From the NCBI GenBank assembly GCA_051362555.1, contig CM120641.1:46692401-46756400 (forward strand): a stretch of DNA of 64,000 nt, given 5' to 3'. A program made the position numbers and the translations under genes. Numbering within the stretch: the first letter of the stretch is position 1; every line of letters starts with the position of its first letter. A model generated the notes under the pieces. The model was given only the letters and a program-made list of their open reading frames with translations. It was not told where the DNA came from and made no database searches. Below are positions 36,962 through 49,098 of the stretch, piece after piece. This DNA comes from Lingula anatina. Taxonomy: Eukaryota > Animalia > Brachiopoda.

Positions 36962-37611
36962 TTAAATTCGTGTTTGTGTTTGATCTCATCATTGCGACAG
37001 GTGCGCCTTGAGCTGCAGTCGATTGTTTCTGGTTGTGACAACTCTACCTCGTGCTCTCCTGGCTAGCTCTAGAAATTCTGTGTATTAGAACAACAGCTTT
37101 CAGTGGCACCAAGGTGTGAAAAAGGCCCACTTTTTTCTTCTTGCTCTACAGAAATGTCACAAATGTATTCTTCCTGATACGTTGGTAGTGGCGGTGATGG
37201 TGGTTGGGGTGGGTGGGGCTGGGGGGGGGGGGGTGTAGGCCTATCAGGCATCATGGGACAGGTCTTTTTTCTCGTTAAAATATGAAGTGTCATTTGCTAA
37301 AATCATTGACATTTATCTTCAGCTTATATCAGTGGATCCATGTCTTTGGTAAACCGACAGCCAGTAGTTTTATATGGATGCAAATAAAAAATCCGTGCAA
37401 ATGATACAAGTTTGTTGTCCAGTCACTTGACTCGCAAGAACATTTGAGATTCTTACCGTTGGGATTTGCTGTATGGCCACATTTTCTTTATATGCATTTT
37501 TGTAATTAGCCTAAACCATCTGTGGTAACGCCTGTCAATCGTAAGCTTTCGGTCTCCTTATTAGCAAACTGGAGAACTATGTAGGCTATTCCTCTCATCC
37601 CCCACGCACGT

Positions 37612-37612
<1 letters not shown>

Positions 37613-37648
<36 letters not shown>
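37613..37648. repeat. (CA)n microsatellite
   Basis: Direct reading. Confidence 0.95.
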
Positions 37649-37650
<2 letters not shown>

Positions 37651-39494
37651 CACGCACGCGAGCACACATGTATGCGCAAACACCAACCGAGGGCCTCCGC
37701 GCGCGGAGAATGGGAGATAAGGCTGTTACTAAAGAGATTGCGTCATTTTAATGCCCATCCTATTTAGGCATTGAATCTCTGTCCCATAGGCTAGCTATTT
37801 GTTAGGTCGTATTGGACGACACTAATGTGTCTCTTGTAGTAAGTTCCAACTTTTATGAACTGGATTAGACACGTTTAGAGAGCATGTAGCTTTGCGAAGT
37901 GCTCAACAATAACCTTGCCTAAACACGTACTAGTACAAATGGTTTTGATTCCCAGCGGGTTTATTTCGAGGGTATCTCCAACACTTGGCAGATTATCAAA
38001 TCATCTGGAATATCTAGAGAAAACATCAAGCAGGAAAGTAGGAACAGCCAAGTCAGAGGTGAAAGTCTTAAGTGATTTTTAGAACTGTAATATCGACTGA
38101 AAACTGGGGGAGAGCCCCAAATGGCGAAGAGTTTTTGAAAGATCTAACTGTGCCTTTCATCTTTTATTGGGCGTTATTACTATATTGGAATTATTAACAT
38201 TTTTATGATGGTCTACGTAAAAGATAAAGGTATGAGCAGAGGTTATATGAATATGAGAAAAGTTGGTCTCCGAAAAGATCATCTTAATGGCTTGGATAGT
38301 GTCGAAACGTATTAATCCATAATGAGACACTTATTTTGATTGTACGATGTTATCTTGAATGGAAGACAATGGTAAGCCTACCTTTTAGCATTTTTATGTC
38401 CTAATACTGTACTGCACCAATTGTACTATGGTTTCCAGGAAAATAAGGGGTTTTCATAATAGAAAACTAGGTTTTGCCCTTGTATTGTTGTATAAAAGAA
38501 CAAATGGATCACACGAGACGCTCAGCAAGAGCACCAGATGCAAAATATGAATATAGAAAATAATCTAATCTGAACCTGTTCCATTTCTGAAATAATAAGG
38601 CGACATAGCCCTAGTTAGTTAATCTATCATTTTGTACAGTCCTTGATTTCAAATTTTTTTTATTTACTTTTAAGTGATAGCAGGCAAACTAATGGTGCAA
38701 AGCACTCCAAACAACGAAATTTGTTTGCTCTTATGACATTTTCTTTTAATGCCCAGTGTCAACGACTCATTTATTCTTTCAAAGCACTATCCAAAGGCGT
38801 TTTCCATATCATTCTTGTTGTTTTATTTTTTCATTTATTTATCGTTGTCCGGTATCTGAATCAGAGAAGAAAGTGATGATATACCTTTTATGTACAAGTA
38901 AATAAATAAATAAATAGAGGTTTGATGGATGCAAGAATTCTTTTTTGCGTGGCTTTTAGGTATATTTAAAAAGGGTGTTTAGGAGCTCGCGAATTGTCAT
39001 GGCATTATGTAATCAAATACATCCATGCTAAATAAAGCGAAACAAATGGCGACGATAATTGGAGAGAGCACTTCGTTCCTCTATTAGATTACTAGTGATG
39101 GGGCTAGAAAGTCTTCAATGTCAGGGGAATGCTGTCTCACAGAATGGAAAGAATTAATATCAGTGCTGGTGACGCTAGCTGCGGACCTGCAGGGCTGATT
39201 ACAACCTCGGCGGAACACTTAATTAATACACCACTGTGATTGCCCCATTGTTATAGAGTAAGCGTAGCACAATGTGGAGAACCGAATGAATCGGAAAATG
39301 CATGCAAACCACCGATATTACTTTCAAACTGTAGCTACAAATGTTCCGCGAGGCTTAGGCGATCAATTAAGATGTGATTAATATTTCATAGTTGATCGAA
39401 GAATTGCGGGTTTCGTGCGTTCTTCTCACTTAAAAGAGGTTAACAGTGCACCCTAGAGTGATCGACCCGATGGATTTATGTCAATTCTGTCTCA

Positions 39495-39590
39495 CTTTGG
39501 TCCAATCATTCCAGCCAATTGGTTTGATACGCAAAACCCACCCGTTGTTTGTGTATATTAATAAATCGCTAGTGGCAAGTTGTGTTTTCC
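39495..39590 (+). promoter_or_regulatory. Candidate Pol II core promoter (CCAAT boxes plus TATA-like element)
   Basis: CCAAT at 39502, palindromic CCAATTGG at 39515-39522, TATATTAATAAA at 39554-39565. CpG-rich context ~600 bp upstream of an ATG-bearing exon. Confidence 0.45.
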
Positions 39591-40191
39591 TTTGTGTGTG
39601 ATCGGACTGGTCGAACCACCGTTGTCACCATAGGCACTGGTAATATTGAATGGAGCGGTAGCCAATTTATACCAGAGAAACTCCCCAATTCGGGACGGAG
39701 ATGGCACGGCGAGGAATCTACTGATTTAAACTCTAATTTGAGTTATTTTACGCAATTGCATGCTACAAGTAACTTAATTAGGCAGTGTTATGGATAGCAA
39801 AGCGCAATTCCTTACTACGGGACTCGCTGGCCTTACCTTGGAACAACGTAAATATTACCACTGAGGAGTCGTTTCATTCAGGTTTACGCTCTGTTGGCAG
39901 GGCGCAGGCTCAGAGGGGCACAGGTCGACGCTGCAATTTGTGCAAAATACTACAAAAAGATTAGATATTTTCATAGGAGTCTATTGGGTATCTTATTGTG
40001 CAAGACAAGGCCTTCCAACTGGAAGCATTATGCAAGAGCAAGACAGGTGCTGATGCCCAGGAATAAACGGGAAATAATTTTCCCATTCCTAATGAAACAC
40101 GTTTGCTGATTGTTTACCAACAAAATAGACAAGATACCTTAAAGACTTCAAGACGGCGGTCGCAGCCAGTTATATAGATTTTTTAAACAAG

Positions 40192-40257
40192 ATGAACGCA
40201 GCGGCAGCACAGGCGGGGGGTACGGCCGGGAGAAAGCAGGGTGGGAATGTAGACCTG
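40192..40257 (+). CDS. Candidate first coding exon MNAAAAQAGGTAGRKQGGNVDL (phase 0) of an unidentified large gene
   Basis: A-rich start context aaacaagATG; abrupt GC-rich 22-codon open frame; consensus donor CTG|gtaaga followed by T-rich intron-like sequence. Confidence 0.62.
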
Positions 40258-43200
40258 GTAAGATGCAGTGTCCTTCATTCATGTCCTTTACCCGTTATCA
40301 TTTAAACCTTTTCGCTCGATTTCATTTTTGTGTATCATTTTTCTTGTTTGAGTGTGTTTAGTGCAGTTCTGAAACTGGAAATTACAGGGTGGATGTTGCA
40401 ACGGCTAGCCTTTACTTTGTATGTGAGGCGTTCGCATCTCTACTCATTAGCGAGAATGCTTCTTAAGTGTAATTTCAATTACCTTTTCTTTCAGGTGTTG
40501 TCTGTTTTGGTAATGCGCTAAGCAAACAAATATATCTTTTCATTTGGACATTATGAGGCTGACAATAACGTGACGGTCAAATGTAATATTGATATTTCAG
40601 TTATGATTGAGAAAGATGGTTTGGTGAAGTATTTATGGTAATGGTTTCGTTACACAATGCAGCTCATCTGCGATCGAAGTGTTAATTAAATTGGCATTGT
40701 TACTACCCTGACCTGCAATGAGGGCGCAGGTATATACCGTGCTACTACCATTATATGCCAGACGAAATGTTGCAGAGTTTGCCTTACATGTATGTCATTG
40801 AGTGAAACAACAACTACGAAAAAAATCAAAAGCTGCAAGATGGGAAATTAGTCGAAATGCTTAATCTGATGTAGAGGACTATGTAAATCAATTACATGTG
40901 AATTCCTCCCATTGGTCAGCTTATATAGTCCATTCTTTATTTTTTTTAACATAAGAACGTTGGAAACTAATGGCGGGATATGGCCTTATTCCGGTGCCAC
41001 TTATTTACATATGTTTCTCTTGATCAATGAAAACAACAGTTGCATAATACTCGCTGCTGTGCCAACACTACTGGCAATAGTACATGTTTCTCCAAGCACG
41101 TTATAAGTGGTACCCTTAGTATCGCGGAATGTTTTAAACCCACTTGTGGTCTAGATATCAGATGATTATCAGTCCTTCGTGGTATTTCCCTTAACTCACG
41201 TTTTTTAGTTTTCTAATTTTTTTCAAATACTCTTACTTTACGTCTTGCTTTTTCTTACATTTATACTTTTATCGTTATCTTTGTATCCCTCGAGTTTTTT
41301 TAAACTACAACTTTTTTGTCAACGTGCCGCCTACTTTTCTCCGTACGAACCTTTGTGCATTTTTCCGTCTTGTATCAATGGCGTATGTATTTTTGTGTTT
41401 GTACACTGTAGTTGTACCAATTTAGCGCATCGATTACGCCAAACGTTCAGCGTGACAGTTTAAAATCGTTTTTAGTGGTGCTTATGATGATCTAGATGCT
41501 GTAACCACTTATGTAGGTGATTAAACACTGTCAATGTTGATGATGATGATAATAATGATGGCACTTTGTTGTTACAAATGAGAAAGAAGTTACGGCAGTA
41601 CATGTAGATGGGGATTGTTTTATGTATCTTGGCAAAATCGTCATTTTTAATGTTTATGAAGCTTTTAGTATCAGATACCATTTCATCTCTGCATCATTCA
41701 TATTTACATAAAATTGCTTGTAATATGAGAAAAGTGCTTTTGAAAGAATACTTATTAACTCAGCAATAGCGACAATAGTAAATTATCTTATAGGTCGTTG
41801 TGGAAAGCAACTTATAAAATACATTATCAAAATGCAGCATGCCTTCAAAGCTTTATGAAAATACTGAACACTACAGTGAAGAATATGAATAAAAAAATGT
41901 ATGAAACTGAAATAGGAAGTAGTAAAATAATGAATCAAGGAAGCAATGGCGACAGCAGACGATCCCACATCCGATGCTGATGTTCACCGGCAGTGAGCTT
42001 GTCGTTTACCACCGACCACGTGTCCTTGGGTCATCGATTCGAAACGACCCGCGTGGTACCGCAGTGAATGGTTAACAGTTTTTCATGGAATTTTAGGAAT
42101 TACCGTCATCTGGGAAGTCGATGTTTTACTTGGTTCTTATCTCAAGGTTTGTAGGTCGTTTCAGTCCCGCTTAACTTCTGTCTCAATGATAAATTTGGCA
42201 GCAAATAACTCGTCTGGGATTTGGGAACCATATGGAAGAATTTTCCACAATTTCATTATTCCACGAAAGCGTTTTAGCCAAGTGTTTACGTGTAGGGCTG
42301 GTTCTCGTCTTCTTGTTCTGTATGTTTTATACAGTGTAGTTACTAACGGTAGGTCAGGAACTCTTTCTTAAAATTGTCGTCTTTTCAGTGGTAATGTTTG
42401 CAGTCGTGAGCTTAATGTGAGCAAAATGCGCATAAAGCAAGATAACTGGCTTTTGGGTTGAGAAACGTGTTCAAAATACATGTCTCGACATTTGGAGTAA
42501 AAATGGGGGAGTTATCTGGCCCCACGCTCCTGTCACAAATTCATCTTTCATGCCTGCTTTGTCAAACATTTTGTTGCTGCACAAACACGAACGGAACTAT
42601 AAGTCAACAGAATTCAAATAAATGTGAAAATATGCGGTAATCGTGAGATTTCTATGACGAATATGGTAAGCTGTATAAGTCTCAGGATCAGTGAGAAAGA
42701 GTGAATTGATTGAGGAGATATCAGAGAAATCTAATCTTGCTCAACATGCACCCGGCTAATGGGTTCTTTCGGATGCAATTAAAAATTCATGAAATAATAC
42801 ATACACCTATAAAAGCTGCTTAGATCTCAATGGCATACTGGTATTTGTAACAATACTCTCAGTACCTCTACTGGCTACTTACATTTTCTTTGGTCCATTA
42901 GTTAAACGTGATGGCAATTCACCAAAGACAATTGTATAAAGGGAATGACGTCCAAAAACATTTTTAACGAAATGGGCAAATTACATTTTACCTATTAGTA
43001 GTAGATTAGGCTACCAACAGTGCATCAAGTGTATATATTGTGTGATGGTCACTGCTTTTTTCGATAAAAACGTCGTATTTAATTCATGTACCCCCTTTTC
43101 TTAACTGTGGCACGCTACAACAAGTCGCTGGTTCATAATGTATCGATCAACAAAATTTGGAACAGAAATATTGTGAACTCACCCACCACGTGCCGACACA

Positions 43201-43779
43201 ACCCCGCCAAAATGTCCACAATAAACATTTCAGTAAATCAATAAAACAGCTGTCGTCTGCTCACAAAATGAAACTCTCGGGAAGTCAATTTTCCAATACA
43301 GAGTTCGATATAAAGCGCACAGTTGGGTATACAATTTCATTTTAAATATTCTAATTGATTATCGGACGTGTCTGTGGCAGTGGCGTGTAGTTGTCCTTAA
43401 GGGCAGTAAAGTGACAAATGGACGCCTGCATTTAGTGCTGAAGAGTTGAAATTTGCTCTCCCTGAAACACCTTGAGTGAAATTAAGAGGATGCATAATTA
43501 ACAAGCGACTGCATTAGTCAAATATAAGCTTTATTGGCGGGAAATGTTCACGTACATGTAGTACATGTACATAAACAGCATGCTGGATGCCAATATGATA
43601 GACCCTACTGCGGCGTGGTTTATTGTTGAAAAATATGAAGTTGAATAAACACAGCAATATTAACCAACCTAATTGTTAGTTTTTCTTGAAATTCTTCTAG
43701 GCCTATAATGATAACATACATCATTTATTTACGTGTCATGTGTATGGAACACCCAGAACTTCAGGCTTATAAGACACCT

Positions 43780-44250
43780 GTTGTATACGATTTTCCTGTC
43801 TTAAATCGAAATTCTTACAATATATTTTACAAATTGCCTTTAATTTTTTTACATTCAATTTTCTATAAAAATGTTATTTATGCCATTTGTTTTGATATCC
43901 AAATGTTTATAAAGTGCATATCTTTCCTCCATGTAAGCAGTGCACATAAGTAAGAAATGACTCCCATCTTCTAATTCTTTTTTTTTTTGCATAGTTGGCA
44001 GTTCTTTCATTAATATGTCTATTAGTGTAACGTCCAGTTTCTACACATAACGGTAAAATGCCCATTCGGCATTTAGTTAAAATGGGTTTTTCTTTTCTAT
44101 TTAAATCAATGTATGAATATTTTTCAGTTTTCAATTCTTTGTTTAACGTCATATATGTTCGAAGTTAAGGGGATTTCAAAATGTCTTTTTTCCATTTAAT
44201 TTCAATTTTTTATAAAAGAGTTTTTAGTGTATTCTATATCCACAGTTTGT
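43780..44250 (-). mobile_element. Decayed 3' fragment of a non-LTR retrotransposon ORF2 C-terminus (RTE-X-like)
   Basis: Minus strand reads KWKKDILKSP*LRTY...EKY...KCRMGILPLCVETGRY...ER, then after frameshifts CQLC...LEDGSHFLLMCTAY. This is the LRTY/ETGR/CCHC zinc-knuckle signature of such LINE C-termini; contains a stop and frameshifts. Confidence 0.85.
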
Positions 44251-46779
44251 TTGTTAAAAAAACGTGCTAAAAGTAGCCGTTACCATGTCTGCCCTCAGAT
44301 ATTTGAAACACATTTTCTTTTAGAAGTAGAATTGATTTCAGTGGCGAAGTGCCAGGACTTTCTCCTCTTTTACTTTGGAACATTCAGTTGATAACCACGC
44401 GGAAGATTTGTCTTCTTACATATTCTCTATATATTCTTATATATATTATATACAAACGCAAAATTCGAATTCACGCTAGTGTTACTGTAGCCGAAATGTA
44501 TGGTGTGTCATATAAATTTCTGTAAACCAAATATGGTGTGTGCTTAGTTTATGCCTATAAAACTGGCATTGGGGTGAGCAGCAGTGGGCAGTGCTCTAAA
44601 TTATTGAACCACCATCCATAATTTACCTTGAAATAAGAGAAATTTGCCACTGGCGACTAATGTCCCCTCTGAACACAGAAAATCGTTTTGTAATTTTTCC
44701 TTTATGATCTATAAGATGATTTATAAAACATGTATATCAGTTTGCGTTATTAGTGACTTCTAAGCTGAGAAGATGCGGAACTAAGTACGTTGTGCCAGAA
44801 AGGTCTCTGGGACTGTTTCAGTTGAGATGGTTGCAGATGCTCTAAGAAGCAATTGGCGTCACAACCTTGTTTGTAAAAAATCGTTCTTGTGGAATCTGTA
44901 TCTGTTCAACCTGCCTAATGAGGATGAATTGCTCCACCACCTTTGTATATTGTTTACGATGTAGTTAGATAATTATCATTATAGATTATGCGTCTAGGCG
45001 TCTCCACCTATGCGTTCATTAAAACTTCTGCAAGAGTGACAAGGAGAATAGTAGCAATTACTCCGGTCAGAATTTTTGATGATTTACCGTCCAGCAAAAT
45101 ATGTATTTTAATTACTGCAATAATTTACAATTCTGGTACATTTTAGTTTATGTGATTAATTTTAGTTATGGGTCATTTCGTGAGTTGCTGTAAATTAAAG
45201 ACATTTCAAATAGAACTTTTTGATACTGCCGTCACGAATTGGCGTGAAACCCGCGTATGAATCTAAGGTAGTCCACTTCACGCGACGTAAGAGCGCTTCT
45301 CGTTCCTGTTCCTCGTCAACCAATGCTTTAAATGACTACCGTTCTAGCTGAGTACATAGAAACGCTCCTGTTGACTGGTAAACGCTATGATGGATTTTCT
45401 ACATATTCCATGACCATTGATTTATACTAATGGTGGACACTCATAGTGGATTAACTAACATGACCCATCGTTGTATTATTTATTTTGTTTAGAATCGGGT
45501 GTATGTCGTTAATAGGGCAAAGATTTGTAGCAGATTGGTCGAATCCAGTTCCGAAAGTTTCCAGTGCTTTTTGTATAAACATGTAGGACAAATTTAGCAA
45601 GTAATGCATTTTATTTTTATTTTCTTTCAAACATATTTTTTCAATTTTTTTTTTTTTTGAAAAGGGGCGTTGAATTTTTTTAATCCACCCTCGGGATTTC
45701 TAAATCGTATGCACTGCCGCCTATTGTAAATAAGTGTTTAAAACATTACATTGTTGCTCATCTATTAAACAATGCTCTAACTCAATTAATCAGGCTTTAT
45801 TTTTTGCTTAGTCGCTTGCGTGATTACCTGATTAATGTAGATGTCTGTGCAGAAAAAGGAATCCATATAACTGTATCTAAACTAATTACGTTATCGTATT
45901 ATGTATTACATGTGAAGTATTCACGCTCCGTGGGTACGCTTCCGCAGTAGTTCCTTTTTCTGGTGTATGGCGGGAAAGGTATGGTGGAGTATTTCCCCAG
46001 CGTCTGTTGGTGGAAGCCTATCTAGTGAGAAGTGCAAATAACTGCTACTGCTTTAAGGAGAGTAGTGTGTTCATTTGATGTTAGTCTTGATAACGGGATT
46101 GGCAATAATCGTTAATGTCATACAAGAGTAGTGGCGAAGATGAACATTTCTTTTAAAACATGAATCAAAGTCTGTGCTATCACTGTGCTGTGGCAGAAGG
46201 AACGCCGTGTCTAACTCGCCTGACGTTTAATTAGTTCACAAGATGGGAAGTTTCGTGATGAGGCTGCTTTCAGAGCCGAGCTCTTTATTTCAATTTTGAA
46301 AGGAAACGCCACATTAACGTATTCATCTTTTTAATCCCAAGAAAGTGAAGCAAGTGCTGATCAATAGTCTTTGAGACAAGTAGGCTTGCGTCTGTTAGAA
46401 GTCCTTTTGTCAATCCAAGGCCTTTGATCTGCTTACGCTCCTGCAGCAATCAATTCTCTGTTTGCACTGGAATACGTTCATTTGTTCTGCCGGACTTTTT
46501 AGTAAATCAGAAGTTGTCACAAGGAGAGTGGTATTAATATTCATCATTATCTCATGATTTCTACTGATAATCGATGTAAGTCTTTTAGAGCGCGGGTCAT
46601 GATTGACCGTCGAGCTTAAGTGGACCGGCATTCGTTGTCTGTGTTTGGAAAGATAGCTTGTTGTTACTAGTTGATTCATTTAGATGAAAAGTTTCGATCG
46701 ATTGCACTGCTTATTCTAACTCATTTCTCGGTGAGAGTCCTAACGTTTACTTTCACGTCACAAAGTCAAATTGTAGACA

Positions 46780-47362
46780 CAGGAGGAAGGGAGAGAGATT
46801 GAGAGAGAGTAAAAGAAGAGACAAGGCGAGATATATTTCTTTTCCTTGCTTTTTTTTACCTCATCAGGGAATTTCTCCGTTGACGAGTGTGGCGTTAAAC
46901 ATAACAAACACGTGGGAGACGCTGTAATAACTCTCTTTAGAGTCTTTTCTGCACCAATGGTCAGGACTGTGGTATTTTTAAATTGAATTATTAGGGAAAT
47001 GATGATCCTGGGAGATCTTAATGCTTCGGTAACATGCTTCTTCAACGATCGTGCCAACAAGTTCAGAATACGGGATGGGGCGTGATCGGTCGTGCTGGAT
47101 ATAAATAACGAGAAGTTATTCCTAGTAACACACACGCACACGCGCACACACTTTAAATCACCAGTGACAATGAAATGATCATCGAACAATTACTGGAGCC
47201 CATAAATAAGGCATTGCTCTCGGGGGACGACGCGGCGGTGAAGAAGCCGATCATGAGTCGAGAGTTATGTTTGAAGTCGATATTCCATCATCAACAAAGA
47301 AGGAAATTACATGATTCCCGGAGAAAAACGGCGAAAATGCCACTGAGCAATTAGTTAGTGGC
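46780..47362 (+). other. Candidate alternative (possibly non-coding) first exon / promoter-proximal region
   Basis: GA-rich leader, CpG-rich body, 59-codon ORF 47175-47354, donor-like GGC|gtaagg at 47363. Confidence 0.3.
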
Positions 47363-48219
47363 GTAAGGAGGGAAAACGAGAGGAAGTTTTAATAGGATTG
47401 CCGGTAGTGAAACAAACCAAATATAACCGGTCTTATTTTTTGTGTTCTCCCACGGGATGTGGCGTTGCTGAAAACTTAGATTTAATCGAAACGTTCCCTC
47501 GTCTTATCCGATGTGCATCTGGATCTCCATGCTTTCTGATGTAGGAGGAATACTGCACTTAAGACCCCGTGAGAGGTTTATCAAGCTCGGAGTAAGCAAC
47601 TCCTATCAATGAGCAGCCGAGAGAAGTTAGTATTTTAAGGTATCAACGCTACCTGAGAAATGATCAGCGCAGGTCCCGCGCGGTCCAAGGCGGGAGGACA
47701 CGGTGGCAATTTCTTAGAAGTAAGTCAATGCATTCTGAGCAATGAACGTAATTTGACACATTGCAAGTCAACGCATTATAAGCCATGGACGAAATTTGAC
47801 GCATTGTTTTGCATGCAAAAATATATATTTTTTTATTTATTTCTCTCTTTTTAATATTGAACGTCATCTAAATTTACTTAAAATCAAATACGACCGAATT
47901 CTCATTCACACGTTTGGTTTATTTTCCTGCACTACTAATGAATCAACAAAGCGTGTTGTAACAAAACGCGACATTACAGACAAATGTATTTGATATGATT
48001 TTTATTGATTCTAAAGCTACCAATGTTTCCCGTGTTGTTGACCTGGAATGATGCAGTTATGTCTGTAAACATCGCTGATTTTGTAACCAGATATTGACTG
48101 AGTGGTAATCCTGAACTTGCAGGTTTCCACACTGAGATAAGTGGTAGTACTGCAGGCAAACTTTACAGAAATTTCCATCACCAAACAAAATACCAGACAT
48201 GTCGTGTGTGTGCGTGTGC

Positions 48220-48254
<35 letters not shown>

Positions 48255-49057
48255 ATGTTTTTTGACGAAAGGGCACAATTTTTTATTAGATCAGGTGGAA
48301 AATGTCGGTCTCGCCGAGATACAGCAGTGAAGATTGTGAAGAAAATTACGCTAACGAGAAAACCGTTCCACCTAGGAAAATGTTAAGGTTATTTTTCTCA
48401 TCTGTACCGCGAGGTTCCCCTTTACAGCATGCGCTTTGTGCATGAAAAAATCCTTCCCAGGAGATTGTACCGGTCCAAAACACATGATTTCAGCATATGA
48501 CTCATGGTTAGCACCTCCGGTTACGTCACGCCAATGTACAGCATCTCTCTTGTGAAGATTCTGCAGCCCCATCCTATATTTTATCTTGGACTCATGTATA
48601 TATGGCGGGTTCAAGATTTAATATTTATCAAATAACATTTCAGCAAAGTGGACATCGGTCTGTTATTATACTTACTTGGTCAATAGATGGACAGTTGCTT
48701 AAGTTGAATAATTGATTATTTAAGTGGAGTTGGCATCAGTGCATGATGTAGAAGATTGAAGTCCTGATGTATAGAACACAGGTCACATGCTAATGTTATG
48801 TTCTGAGAAAGTGATCTATGGGACATATGCTGTAAATTAGAGTCGTAATCGAATTATCAAAATCATAAACACGTTGCGTTATCGTCCGTAATAGCCCATT
48901 GTCTTGCTAATACCGACCATAACGAAGCTCAAATGCCAAAATAAAGATTCGCAGGTCGTGTGCAAGATGGGCATTGTAATGTTGGTCAATAATGTATAAA
49001 ATTGACAAATGGGTCTTGGAAGACAAAAAAAAAAAAAAAAAAAATGGATATGTTTAC

Positions 49058-49058
<1 letters not shown>

Positions 49059-49095
<37 letters not shown>
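49059..49095. repeat. (TC)n microsatellite, preceded by poly(A) at ~49025-49044
   Basis: Direct reading. Confidence 0.95.

Positions 49096-49098
<3 letters not shown>

Noticed and set aside
42015-42057. Hairpin with GATTCGAA resembling a tRNA T-loop/B-box
   Set aside because: No cloverleaf, A-box or SINE body/tail identifiable.
44339-44652. Possible CAGTGGC-ended element
   Set aside because: Only ~10-bp inverted match and no TSD; could be chance.
46758-47189. 143-aa minus-strand ORF (longest in track)
   Set aside because: Non-ATG start, runs through (CA) and GA-rich low-complexity tracts, no domain signature.
47267-47362. ATG-to-donor frame with one in-frame TGA (possible selenocysteine/readthrough)
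   Set aside because: No selenoprotein-like motif or SECIS evidence; more simply a non-coding leader.
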